From Patellaria atrata CBS 101060 (lineage: Eukaryota), in NCBI GenBank assembly GCA_010093705.1, contig MU006095.1:496001-560000 (forward strand): a stretch of 64,000 bases of DNA, read 5' to 3'. Each line of letters starts with the position of its first letter. Within the stretch, counting starts at the first letter, position 1. A program made the position numbers and the translations under genes. Below are positions 13,031-25,070 of the stretch, in pieces. The notes beneath the pieces were generated by a model. That model had not been told where the DNA came from. It searched no databases and saw only the letters and a program-made list of their open reading frames with translations.

Positions 13031-13726
13031 GGTTAGGGATGTATATGGTGTCAATGGACGTTCAAAGGATCGTAGAGAAATATAAAATCAGAGAATGAGC
13101 ATATATAGTGTATATACTCTTGAAAAATCGCTTGAAAGATTGCCACTTAAATTACTGAGAAACGAAGTCCTTATAAGCTGCTCTGAAGGCACTCTTGGCG
13201 GTGGGATCATCACGCGCGATCCCATGACAGCGCGTTTCTGCCTTGAATTGTACAAGGGTATGGAGTGCAACGAGGCCAGATCAAGATAACTGAAAGCTCT
13301 ATGTAAGGCAGCAGGACCTTAGTACTATACAATGACGAATTTCAATGCATTGCAAACGAAACAAAGGTTGTTGAAAGTGAGAGGGATGTTAAAGGGAGGG
13401 GCTTGGCGGCCTGAAATTTGCCGCTCTATCCCGATACGGCCCGAGTTCAGGGGTATCAGATGGAACATAAACCCAGCAGATAATGCATTTCTGGTTGATT
13501 GAAGGCTATTCTGTACCAAAGGGTACGATTAGAAGCCTTCATACCAGGTAACAGTTGATAAAGGGACAAACTCGAAGGACCACCACCCGAAACTCCACCC
13601 AAATGAGCCCGAAGGCTAAGAAAGTACCATCCACAACTCCAGGTGCTATACGAAATCCGACATCTGAAATACTCAGGACCAACCCAAACTCGGTCCAGAC
13701 TCAACCACAAAAGACATCTTCCACAT

Positions 13727-15061
13727 CTACTGCCCCCCTTTGTTCCTCCTCAAAGCTTCCTTCACCTTCTTCCTCTTCTCAAACACCCTCGCCTCCTCCG
13801 CCCTCCTCTCCAACTCATCCCTCTCTGCCGCCTGCCTCTCTGCCGCCTGCCTCTCTGCCGCCTGCCTCTCTGCCGCCTGCCTCTCTGCCGCCCGCCTCTC
13901 CTCTGCCCTCTGCTTCACATCTCTTTCTTTCTGTCTCCTAATCCCATGCACCCTCTCCCTAAACGGATCGAACGACAGCTCAGTGGAGTCGTACGAATAT
14001 TCGGAAGGCGCAGGGGGGGTGATCGGGCCCAGTCGCCTCATCGCTTCCTCCAAGGTAGTAGTAACGCTCGGCCAGGTCCAGTTGCTGATATTAGATGTCC
14101 GCCCACTACTAGCTGCAGCCCATACTCTTTGTCGGGGAGTGGGAGCCGGGGCTTCCGGCTCAGCAATTGTGTTTCGGCGAGAGGAAATCGCTGACCCTGT
14201 ACCCGTAAAGGGGTTCCTGGCTTCCGCCTGGTACATGTCCGGTGACAGCCGTATTAGGCCTAGACCTCGGACCGGATTTCCCGGCGCCGTAGGACGCTGA
14301 GCAAGCTGCGGACGAGACTGGCGATTACCTTCGGGCAGATCCTCCGTGTACACAGAGCTAGCTGACAAACGTACACTCCCTAGCTCTCTGGGAGGGACTA
14401 GGAAGGTACTGGCCGGGCGGAGAGGCGGAGACCGGGGCTGTCCAGGCTGGCGCAGTGCGGGTTGAGCCAGGACTGTGGCCGGCTGGAGAGGGGCGGCACC
14501 AGCGGGCACAGCGGGTGACCGTATCTCGCGAGGAGGACGACTGGCATCGTAATCTACAAACTGCCCGTTTGCGTCCCTGTGGATGAGTGGAAGGGGTCGG
14601 CGCAGTGGGGACTCTGGCGGAATTGCAGGTATGACTGTACTATCCGGTGGACTATGTGAGGAGCGGCGCCACTGCTCTAGCTCGTACTCTTCGTCTCGCT
14701 CTCTACGGCGGCGAGATAGACGGCCAGAGGAACGAGATTGACGGAAACCTCCCTGGAATGAACGGCCACGAAGGAGATCCCGAACCTTCTTTACTAATTT
14801 ATACCGACCATTTAGGAACAGAAAGATAAGGCAAAGAATTGTAACGATAGCGATAACCGAGATACTAATAACGACGACAGCCCAATTCGGGGCGTTTTGA
14901 GAACCTGCGGTAGTTATACCGTTACCGATGATATCGGACGCAATATCTTCGATATTCCTGTTTTGGCGCGTGATGCTCCTTTCTTGAGAGGAAGATGCTA
15001 CAATCATTTCGTTGGCAGTATGGATTGTGGAAGGGTTGATCATCTGTAGAACTAGAGTCAT
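13727..15061 (-). CDS. Single-pass membrane protein with Pro/Arg-rich cytoplasmic region and AAERQ-repeat coiled coil
   Basis: 444-aa ORF with a hydrophobic segment WAVVVISISVIAIVTILCLIFLFL followed by basic residues, and C-terminal (AAERQ)n repeats. Confidence 0.65.
   Translation of the reverse strand: MTLVLQMINPSTIHTANEMIVASSSQERSITRQNRNIEDIASDIIGNGITTAGSQNAPNWAVVVISISVIAIVTILCLIFLFLNGRYKLVKKVRDLLRGRSFQGGFRQSRSSGRLSRRRRERDEEYELEQWRRSSHSPPDSTVIPAIPPESPLRRPLPLIHRDANGQFVDYDASRPPREIRSPAVPAGAAPLQPATVLAQPALRQPGQPRSPPLRPASTFLVPPRELGSVRLSASSVYTEDLPEGNRQSRPQLAQRPTAPGNPVRGLGLIRLSPDMYQAEARNPFTGTGSAISSRRNTIAEPEAPAPTPRQRVWAAASSGRTSNISNWTWPSVTTTLEEAMRRLGPITPPAPSEYSYDSTELSFDPFRERVHGIRRQKERDVKQRAEERRAAERQAAERQAAERQAAERQAAERDELERRAEEARVFEKRKKVKEALRRNKGGQ
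13821..13895. repeat. 15-bp coding minisatellite (CTCTCTGCCGCCTGC)x5, last copy imperfect
   Basis: Directly visible tandem copies; encodes AAERQ repeats on the minus strand. Confidence 0.95.
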
Positions 15062-15799
15062 GTTGTAATAGTCGTATTTGTTGCGAACTGTGTTGAGGAG
15101 TGGAGTTATTGAGGTGAGTTCAACAATATGTTATGATAAAGTAGACGCTCTGGTTCTACCTTTATGGTTGAAATAGTTCGAGATGAGGATCAAAGACGGA
15201 AATGACAGGTATTAGAGACTTGGGTTGCAATACACTAGCTATGCAAAGCCATCAAGAGGTTGAAAGAAAGAGTAGACGTTGTTATGATTTTTCTCCAATG
15301 CGTGTCGTTGGAGAGAAGAGGCAAAGAAGCGAAGATTTAAAACCATATTGCCAACGCTTTTTCTGGTCCAAACAGGAAATCGAAGCGAGAGTAGAGTGTG
15401 CGTTGGTCGAAATTGTAAAGGTCACATAGGGAAGAAATATCCGATGGCAAAACGGTGTGAAGTGAATTGGTGACCACACCCTCCCTTCCCTCCCCCGAAA
15501 CCGCACCACGTGCAGCCTCGCCGCTTACAGACAACCTACACACCTTTCTGATCGATCATAAAGAAAACGCTTATTGGCGGACATCTATATCGAATCACTT
15601 AAGATAGCCTACTGACATTATCGCGACGAAAAGAGGATATGATTTCCTTAGAAGTCATGTTCTAGAGACACCCACTTCGACAAGATATAGACAAGGAGGC
15701 GTTATGAATAATAAGAAAGACAGGTTGGATCAATTGAAGTGGAAGATGGGACCCATTTGTCATTACTATAAATTAGACGCAGAAAACAAAGAGGTATAT

Positions 15800-18055
15800 T
15801 CATGATTTCTTCTCACGAAAGTCGTCGAGTGATATCGGAGGCGGTTCTCTTTGCTTCTCCGGATTATGAGATCCCAACTTCTTCAACTCCGTTTCCAGAA
15901 CCTCAGCAATCCTCTCTAATATCCATTCTGTCTCCAACTTATTACCCATTAGCGGACTCCTTGTCCCAAGCCAACTCCAGCCATGAACCCCTTGCTCACT
16001 ACCCGAATCCTCTTTGTCAATCATACCCATTTCATGTATATCCCTGTCTTGTGGTGGATCAGGTACTTTAGGTGGTGGTCGGTGGTGTTGCTTGTCAGCC
16101 TCGTCGTGACCTATTAGTTTCAGGTAATAAGCCCATTCTTGATATGTATATTGTTTGGGAGGGGAGGCAGAGACATCTTCGAGTAACTGTCGAAGCTCTT
16201 TCGCGAGCACAAAGTGATAGAAATGGACATCCCGTAAGACTGGGTCTCCTTCCTTATGTGCTTCCCTCGCTGCTTTGAGCTCCTCACTTTCAACATGCTT
16301 AGCCAAGCGATCGGCGAATAGATCTTCTTGCATACGGTCCTCTCCACCCGGGTGGCCATTGGTATCTCTATCCCTCTGCTCGGCAGATTTCTTCATTGAG
16401 TCCGAAAGCTGTTTGCTAAAAGCTCGTCCTTTTGTGAGTCTAGACATGCCGGCTTTGAGAGCAGAGCGAGCTCCAGTTTCATCAGGGAGGACGGTTAGAG
16501 ACCCGATCCATATTGAGAAATCTTTGAATGATTTGACAACAGTGTCTCCCATATTACTAATGAGGATCGTGAGTGTCGGTACGGCAAGGAGAGTCCAGAA
16601 GACGAAGAACGGTTTTCCAGAATTACTCATGACTTCGTAGTCTCCATAGCCGATGGTAAGAAGAGACGTGTAAGAAAAGTAGAGCGACACAAAGTAAGTC
16701 CATTGTTGGTTTTTCTCCGCGTGCTGAAACACCAAAGCCCCCAGAAACCAGAGCAAAAGGGCTGCAACGCCAGATAACATAAGTGCTACCCATCTGCGGC
16801 GATTTTCTGCCTTTGTCTGAACCGCACGCATGATCTGGAATTCCTGTTCCCTTCTTTTTGTTTCTGTAAGGCCTTTGGTTGTAAATTCCATCTTTGTCCA
16901 CATACCCATCTTTACAATGCCACGATGTTCATCTATGGACTTCACTGTTTTCTCGCGCCTCTTCTCCATCATACGCGCTTGCATTTTCTCCCTACCCCTA
17001 TCTAAGACCAGAGAACGCACTGAGCCAACTACAAGACCAACCATGACGATACCTCCGATAGCAAAGGGAAATAAAAGAGACCTACCAGTGTGAGTTCGAG
17101 GCACAAAGGTTCCCCCTATACCAACAGTGAGGAGTGTAAAGTCTGCCCAGTATACTGCATTTAGAAAGGACCATCCTTCAACAAAACTAAAGATAAGTGA
17201 ACCCAAAAGCATGTACGTCACAAAACCCATAGTCTGAATCATCAATGTCCGCTGGCTAACGGTCAGCCGAAATTCCTTTTCGTAGTGACCGAGATATGAG
17301 CCAACAACTGTCAGAATCATGAGCGATGCTATTATAAAATATAGGCCGGCGGCAATGATTGCGTAGTAGTATGCTTGTCCTAGGGCATGTTCAGAAGCAG
17401 GGAGGAGTCGTAGGGTGGTCGAGGCCACTAAAACTAGGGCTATGAGGAGGAAAGAGGCCAGGAAGAAGCCAAGTATGGTTATAGACTGCGCAATGGCAAA
17501 TCGTAATCGGCGGGCCATGTTTAAAAGGAGAGCTACATTGGCACTAATGGCGCAAACAAGGGATATCGAGTTGATCGCAAGGAGCCTGTGTAGTCGGAAC
17601 CTATTAGCTTATGCTCTCATACTTCCTATATACTTCTAAAGTTGTGTTCGTGGCTCACCATCCTGGATCCTTTATCGGCTCTCCATGCGCTTCCGTCCCT
17701 CCAGGGGGGATATACGTCCTCCAACTTTGTACTAAAGCACATATACTGAATGCATTCGCCATAGGCCCAAAGGTGCCTGATATACGGTTAGTTCTTATTA
17801 TTTGAGACTTGAGACTGCAGTATTAGACTCTGTACCGGCGATCAGAGGACAAGCTGTAGAGGCGAACCACCATCGGCTTTGTCATAGTCAGTACTGCTAG
17901 TTATAATCTCTGATCAATATCTGCGCTGACCTGGGATTCATAAAGGCTCGCTCCTCTTCCTCTTGGTATTTATCGTGATCATCATGGGGGTTTTTCTCAA
18001 CATCCTTTGCTGCATTCTCGATGGTAGCATCGACACCAGGATCGGTCGTCGTCAT
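15800..18055 (-). CDS. TOK1: Two-pore outward-rectifier potassium channel (TOK family), multi-exon
   Basis: ATG at 18055 (MTTTDPG). Three short introns give SRWWFASTACPLIAG|TFGPMANAFSICAL...LLAINSISLVCAISANVALLLNMARR. Two pore loops: YWADFTLLTVGIG and YFSYTSLLTIGYGD. Confidence 0.92.
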
Positions 18056-21000
18056 TTTTCCGATGGAAGGTGTTAGGATAAGAATGTGAGTAGAGCGGTA
18101 TGCATACACCGAAGGCGCTGAAGACAGGAGAGCTGGGTGGTGGTCATACCGGGCTTGTGGGCGCGATTACAATACTGGGCGAATGGGTCAAGATTCCAGG
18201 GAATGATAACCAAATGATAACAACCTGGAACTCGACCCTGGTGAACGTTGGAGCAAGATGACGGCTGTGGCTCGTATTGTTTCGAATTTGTTGTGGCTGG
18301 TAGGGAAAGTGAGCCTATCAAACCAGCCGGAAGGATCACAGAAATGGCACCCAGCCTAAACCCCCTCAGCCGATCGGATATTGTAACCCTCCACGCCTGA
18401 AGCGACTTGGCTACGCTCCTTATTCTCACTTCCACTCTCTCATCTCTCTCATGACAGTGTGGTTGTTCCTCTGGGATTCTCAAACAGAGACATCGCCCTC
18501 CAGACGCCGTATCCGCCATATACTCTCGAATCCATTTTCTCACTGTAATTCTATCACAGTGCACCCTATACGTGTAGCATCGCGAACCATTCCTCGACTT
18601 ATACCCTCCAGTCTAAGGCCTACATTGACAGGAGAACTGACTTCTTTCTGTGTGTGCAGGAGAGAGTGTAGGCTCGCTCAGGACATGTAACCGGGGCATA
18701 TTTCACTCCAATGAATCATCTCTACGGATAGATAATGATAGGGACGGATCCTTTAAGGGCTGAGTATACACCCTAGATGCTTCCGGGAGGGTTTGTTCAA
18801 TTCAAAGTTGTGTCTCATTTTCCTGTCGAGCATTATACTGGTTCTATTCAACCTCTGTTGTCGTTCTCTATAGATGCCGCTGTAGATTGCTCGCCTCTAC
18901 GCTACAAGCTGAATCAATGGTTCGTATAACCTGTAGTACTCGACAAGTATACCCTGATATCCCTCAGGTACTCTCAACGCCTCGTTAGCGTAAATTTCAG
19001 TTTGGTAGACCCCAAGGGTGAGCTCACGGCTCCGCTTACCTAAGTCGGGCAGGCCCTTAAGTTACCTTAGGGTATCTCGTCTTCGCCAGACTTTTCTCCA
19101 CACGCGTCAAAAATTATCATCATCAATACCCGTTTCGACAACTACCAACAACAACGATATCAATCAGCCATTAGATTCGTCTGTCTTATATCTTTTTTAC
19201 GATGAATAACGTTTTCTTGTATTGCTTCCCGCGATAGCAGTCGTTGCCACTTGACTTGCATCGGTCACCGCCGCGCCGTCCTCTCTAAGTCACCGAATGC
19301 CCAACCCCGAAAGCGTTTACAGGTAATTGAATTTTTACGTGTTCTTCGTTCATCTCCACCCCCTCTTCCTTTCGCACCACGACCTCTCATCCTCGTGTGA
19401 AGTTCAAGGTTGACGGTATTGGTGTGTCATCCCTTATAACATCGCCGGTGCCTTCCGTTCATCACTCTTCACACCATCTTCCCTTCCCCGTGGCGTCGTG
19501 TGTTTTCTTCTAAGGTACAGTAGTAAACACTCGACCGCTGGGAAACTGGGGAAGATGTGGATGCCGGGGAGCAAGTGACCGGTAACGTTGTTAGGTGTTT
19601 TCTGAGGAAGTCTGGCTCACCGACTTAGACCTTGGCTATCAGCAAGGCCTCGAGAGTATTTTTGTAAGTGGTTGAGGTATAAACTCAGTGGATATAATGC
19701 TAAATCCAACGCAGCCTTGACGACGAGCCCGTCTAATCTTGAGGATTTACCGCCTTTAGGCGAAATCAAGATGATCTCAGCTACCGGAAATGAGCCTATG
19801 GTAATTTCCTTAGTAACGGTTAGTCAACTCTCCTGTAGTTTGTCAAGTCTGACATTGTTAACAAGTAGCTTCCCATACAAGGTCATACCTCAGTTCTCAA
19901 CCTGGCTGGGTCACCCCCTTCTGAGTGAGACGGCCTAACTAGTTCTAGCTCGGTGGATGGATGTCCACAATGCCGTCTCGGATGCATTCTCGCTCCGTAG
20001 GATTCAAACCTCGATATACTGTGGGAGGAGCACGCTATAGAACTCTTCCATCATCCCCTCTGATATATTGTCGGAACCGCGCACAATGTCATATTGTCAC
20101 CTATCAATCGAGATCCAAGTAATCCGCCGACGAGTCTCTTGGGCCATGTCAACCAGTTCTACCTAATACTGTACCTCACACGTTTAGCATATTATGATAT
20201 GCCTTCAGCAACTGTTCAAGCGAGTGATGATTGCCTCGCTAGCTGTTAGAGATAAAGCTGGTGAATACCACCTATGAGAAACTTCCCCTCATTCCGAGTG
20301 GCCACAATCGCCAAGGAATAAGATAACGCGTCAGAGGGCAATTCCGAAACCGTAGTTCCGGCCACTGCGTCCCATGCATTTCGAAAGACTCTAGACCACA
20401 ATAGGACTTCAGCCGAATTCAATTCTAGTTCTAGGAGTGCGAGTCTCAAGACAAAGGCGAGATCTTTACCAAATATGGAGCACGACCGAGGACAATTTCC
20501 AGAGAAAGTATACCATCGCATTAGAGGCCGGGCTTCCAAGGAGTCCATGGTTCGTCCCTTGTAATACACATCGACCATACATATCGATTGTAGTATAACC
20601 AACAACATGGTTATACTCCAGAGGTTGCGGAAGTACAGCAATCTTCCATATCAGAAACCTCTCTAGACTGATATCAGCCTATCGTTGTTTGATCTGCGTG
20701 CACGGTCGGAATGTCGCCCCTTGAGTACTTCCGCTGTGAAACTTATTCCGGCATTGTCTAGCAAAAAGTTCAACGTTGCTAAGCATACTACTAGGGTCTT
20801 TTCCGTTTGGTTCCTGCGCTCTTGGAACATTTGAGCACCTTCGACGCCTTATGTCAAAACGTCTCGCAACTAAGTCTGATGGCTTCCTAGTCCTGCATCA
20901 TCACTATCTGATCAAAGTAACTAAGAGTTCCCATTCTCAGAAATGACGATGTAAGCCTAGAATGCCAATGGTTATGCACGAGCTTAACAATTCCCTTACA

Positions 21001-24000
21001 CGTGTCCGTTCGCAACTGAAAAACTCAAAGGCGGTTCCTGGAAGGAGGGAGAGTCCTGTTTAGGAATCGATAGCATGGGTAGAGAGGACTACGAGCTGGA
21101 AGAGGCCTATAATCTAGATATAGCGGAACACTCTTGTTTCCGCTTCCCAAGACGGTAAATGGAATGTGTTTGGGACGCAAACACCATCGATAAGGTCACA
21201 AGAACCTAGCCATTGTTAAGATGTTGAAGCACAGTCTGTTCGCGCCACTACCCAGCCTGATTTCGGGCAGAAGTTCGATAATCGGTGGGATTTTTCTATC
21301 AGTTAATAGATAGAAGGTCGAAGAGCGCAAACAAGGGTCCAAAACACATACTATAAGAATATAGCACTCAAATTCGTATCGGGAGGCCCTATGATCCTAG
21401 TCAAGCTGATTTTTACTCAAAAGGTCGGCATGAAGCCATATTTTACCCCTTCCTTTCGAACAGAAATTTCAACGAACTGAATTAGACATGCATCCACAGG
21501 ATGTGACTAATTTTCACAATGCATCATCTGTCTGCGAGGGTATTTCCAAGAGACAGTATGTGCACATTCTTGACCAGGAAACTCTGTCGCAGGGCTATTA
21601 GATCAGAATTATCATAAATTGAACACGAACATGCAATGTTTCGATTCGTGCGAGTACGAATCTCATTACACTTTTGAAAGGGGAGATGTTCTGGAACCCT
21701 AGGCTTGGAGGTAGACCGTGCCGAAATTCCTCGAGTTGAAGTTTGAAAGCAGTAAGAGATTCGTAGCTTGTTACTCGCCGGAGATGAGAATTAACTTAAA
21801 GTTTAATGTTTTCAACGTCCCGAGCTCGATTGTATTCTCGACATAACCATTCTGTTTAATTTTCGTGCTCTGGAAAATAGATATCTCAAGAGATTGGTTA
21901 TTTCCGCAAATTTGAGCAAGGTTTCAATCAATTCTATTCAGAATCTCGCATTCACCATCTCTCAGAAAGCCATATAGGGGCCATTCTGCGTTGCATCTTG
22001 TTAACGGGGATTTAGATCTAAATGCCGCATCTATGGATGAAGAAACGAAGATGGACCTCAATTACGGACATTCCCAAACGTGTCAAAGTTGGCGATGACA
22101 AAGGAAGATGTCGTCTACGAAGCCATCCCATCCGCTATCAGGTGTATTCTCAACTCTCTCGTCTTTGCATCCAAAACAGGCATTTTAGCGTATGGAAAAA
22201 GTCCAACGCAGACTGCTGGTATTGTGACCGGAATACTGGAGTGGTGGTCGTCAACGCGGCCATCAATGAGGGTTCAACGTGAGTCTCTACTTTGAAAGAT
22301 GACTACATAACTTTTTTGCTGCTCTCTTGACAACTACTCTGGCGTCGACTCCCTCGGTTGACGCTATTTTCAAGTTATGAGCAAATCCTGTACGACTATC
22401 ACGTCGAAGAGCGAAAAGAATGTTTAGTACGCCATGTGGTAGTCCCCATTACGCGGTTTCAGAAGTCGTCCTAACACTTCCGTGAACTCAACTGCGTGAT
22501 CAGATCCTAGAACCAACGATTTCAGCAGAGCGTGGAGACCCAACTTCGACATGCTTTGGTAAAGCCGGTGGCCAATGGGTTGATTAAGGGTTATAAATCG
22601 AATTACCTCCTACCGGTTATTGCTTGGACATTAAATTATTTCTTCAACAGTGGGATTAGTCATGGAAGAATGATGCATTCAAACTGTATAACGATAGAAT
22701 TGCCGTACGACTTTAATAGGAACCGATACCCGGACCGGTTCACCGTCGGAGAAGACCCAAGCGAGCCTGTTACGGACCTCAGTATATACCGCTATCTCTA
22801 TCGGAAGGAACCTTTCACGTCACTCTCACATTCAATCAAGCTCTTCTTCCAAAGGTGTCGTGGACATCTGGATCCAACGTCCTGTTGTTGTTGCTTCATA
22901 AGATTCCTCATGGATATTAAGTGTCCACCTTATTCGCCATAGCCTGCGGTTTAGCAGTCCTACTCCTCCATAGATGGAAATAGGATGATCTCTTGCCTTC
23001 ATTCGTTGGTTGGGGAGGAAGGGAAGAGCTTGTTGGGACGACTGCTGGCCTCCACCGGGAGCATATTGTTTCGGTAATTTCTTCGGCTTTGGTTTCATTA
23101 TTTTCTTGTCTCGTTTGATAGACTGGAGGTCCTCGGGTGTCCGTATTGAGAGTGAAGTAGAGCACTTACGGTATTCATCTGAGATAGTAGGAGGAAATGT
23201 AGAAGTTTTCTGTGGAAGAGACGATGCAATCTATCCGCTTGTTAGATGTTTGCTTTTTTTGGTACAGTTGGGGTGGCGATTGTCACTTTTATCCTCAAAA
23301 AACTTAGTATATCCAATCATTAGAGCAAATGCAGAGAATTTCCTATAGGCCACCGGCCATTCCTGTGAACGTCTAGGCCAGTGATGATCATAGCGCGCTT
23401 TACCATTTCATCAAGGCGCGGAGATACCGATTTGGTGCGATATAGCGATGATAAAACAAGTGACCAGTCCTTATCCCATATGATAGTCTGTTTGTGGCTT
23501 TGTGTAACATTCATGTCTCATACCGAAACCACAGGACTCCACGGTAGCATGACTCATTGTATTGTTCTCTCCCTTGTTTCTATTCAAAGGCCTTCACCGC
23601 TTTCAAATTTGAGAGTTACTGTTTCCTATTCTTCATCAATAGACTAAGTTACCACCAGAATGTTGTCTGACTACAGGAGGGCCCATCGTAATTGCCAAAG
23701 GATCCACAGCAGGTCCCCTTCAGATCGTACACTTTTATGCGCAAGTCTCAAACACTTAAGCTGTTGTATCTGCGATTCTTAACCATGTCAGGATCTAGAT
23801 GAAGGAATGCATATAGCACCCAACGGCCCCTTTTCTTCAGAGTATACCCGTCCACTCAAGCTCATGTATCTTCCGTTGTTCGCATTTTAGTATTACAGTC
23901 TGAACTGTGAACATATGGATCAAGATGCTCTCCAGTGTCTAAGGGAAGGATTACTGCGGAAGGTAGCGCTACCTTTGATATCAACCTATTTTCGCAAGGT

Positions 24001-25070
24001 CCAATCCGGCTGAGAGCATTCTACAGCGGCCTGTGTGCTATGTTACCGTGGAATGTATCTGCAGTGTCTCTGAGGGGATCAAGATTTATGGATCGCGAGA
24101 CGGTCTGCTCCGGGCATTGAACAGTGTGCTAAGACTTCCGTGGGCCTTCTCATGATGTGATGCATCTTCTAACCCTTGTGAGGAGTTTTCCAGGATCAGT
24201 AAGTCCCCTGGAAGCCCTTCTCAGATGCCATTACGGAGCAGTCAGCATTATTGGCGATATCCCTCGCACTCTACTCTCGGGTTAGTAAAGGTCGCCTCAA
24301 CCTTGCCTCTGTGCGTCATAAAACTTGGTATATCTTCACTTCCATCTTGGAGAGCATGTAGGGTTCGAAAGACATGAGTAGTTGATTGTTCTCCCCAATA
24401 TAACTTGCCGACCGGCCCACCGAGCGCATCCGACTATAGAACCGAATGGTGACTTAGCAGGTTTAATTTGAAGAGATACAACAACTCGTGTTGCTGTTGA
24501 TGTGACTCTGCCGAACGGGTTATTAAAGAGAACGGAACGAAGCGGATGTACTCTCTTTTCACTATCCGCAGCAAGAGGAAACGAGCAAGATCATGGAGAC
24601 TTCAGCCCCTACGGGATTTAACGCTGCAAACGAGGTATGATTGAAAAAAGGCATTATTAAGCTATTCTATTCTCACTCTTAATCCTCAAACGAAAGAACA
24701 TGCACGCCGGACTCAAATGGGCTCAATATCGACCTGGCGGACGGATGGATGACATAAGCAAACTCCGTCCACCCCCTTTACCACTCCCTCCTTCCAACGC
24801 CCCTTCCTAAGTCTACCGCGCACCGAACTAACTTCCAGAAAGTACCTTCCCGGTCGAATTTTTTCACAACAAACACAAACGAAGCTCACGCCCCTCGCTC
24901 AATTCTTGGCACTGGTTTAAAAGCCGGCACTGCCGCTCCATCACGTAACCTTCTTTTCTTCCTCCACCTACTCACCTCCACGTCAATCCCTTCCACCTTC
25001 CTTCATTTGTAGAGTTCCATCCGCATTACCTTCATCAATCAAATCTCCAAATCACCTTTCTTTTCTCAAG

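Noticed and set aside
13555..14300. Plus-strand ORFs with PPASL/LPLCR/AACLS repeats
   Set aside because: Antisense shadows of the 15-bp minisatellite in the minus-strand membrane protein gene.
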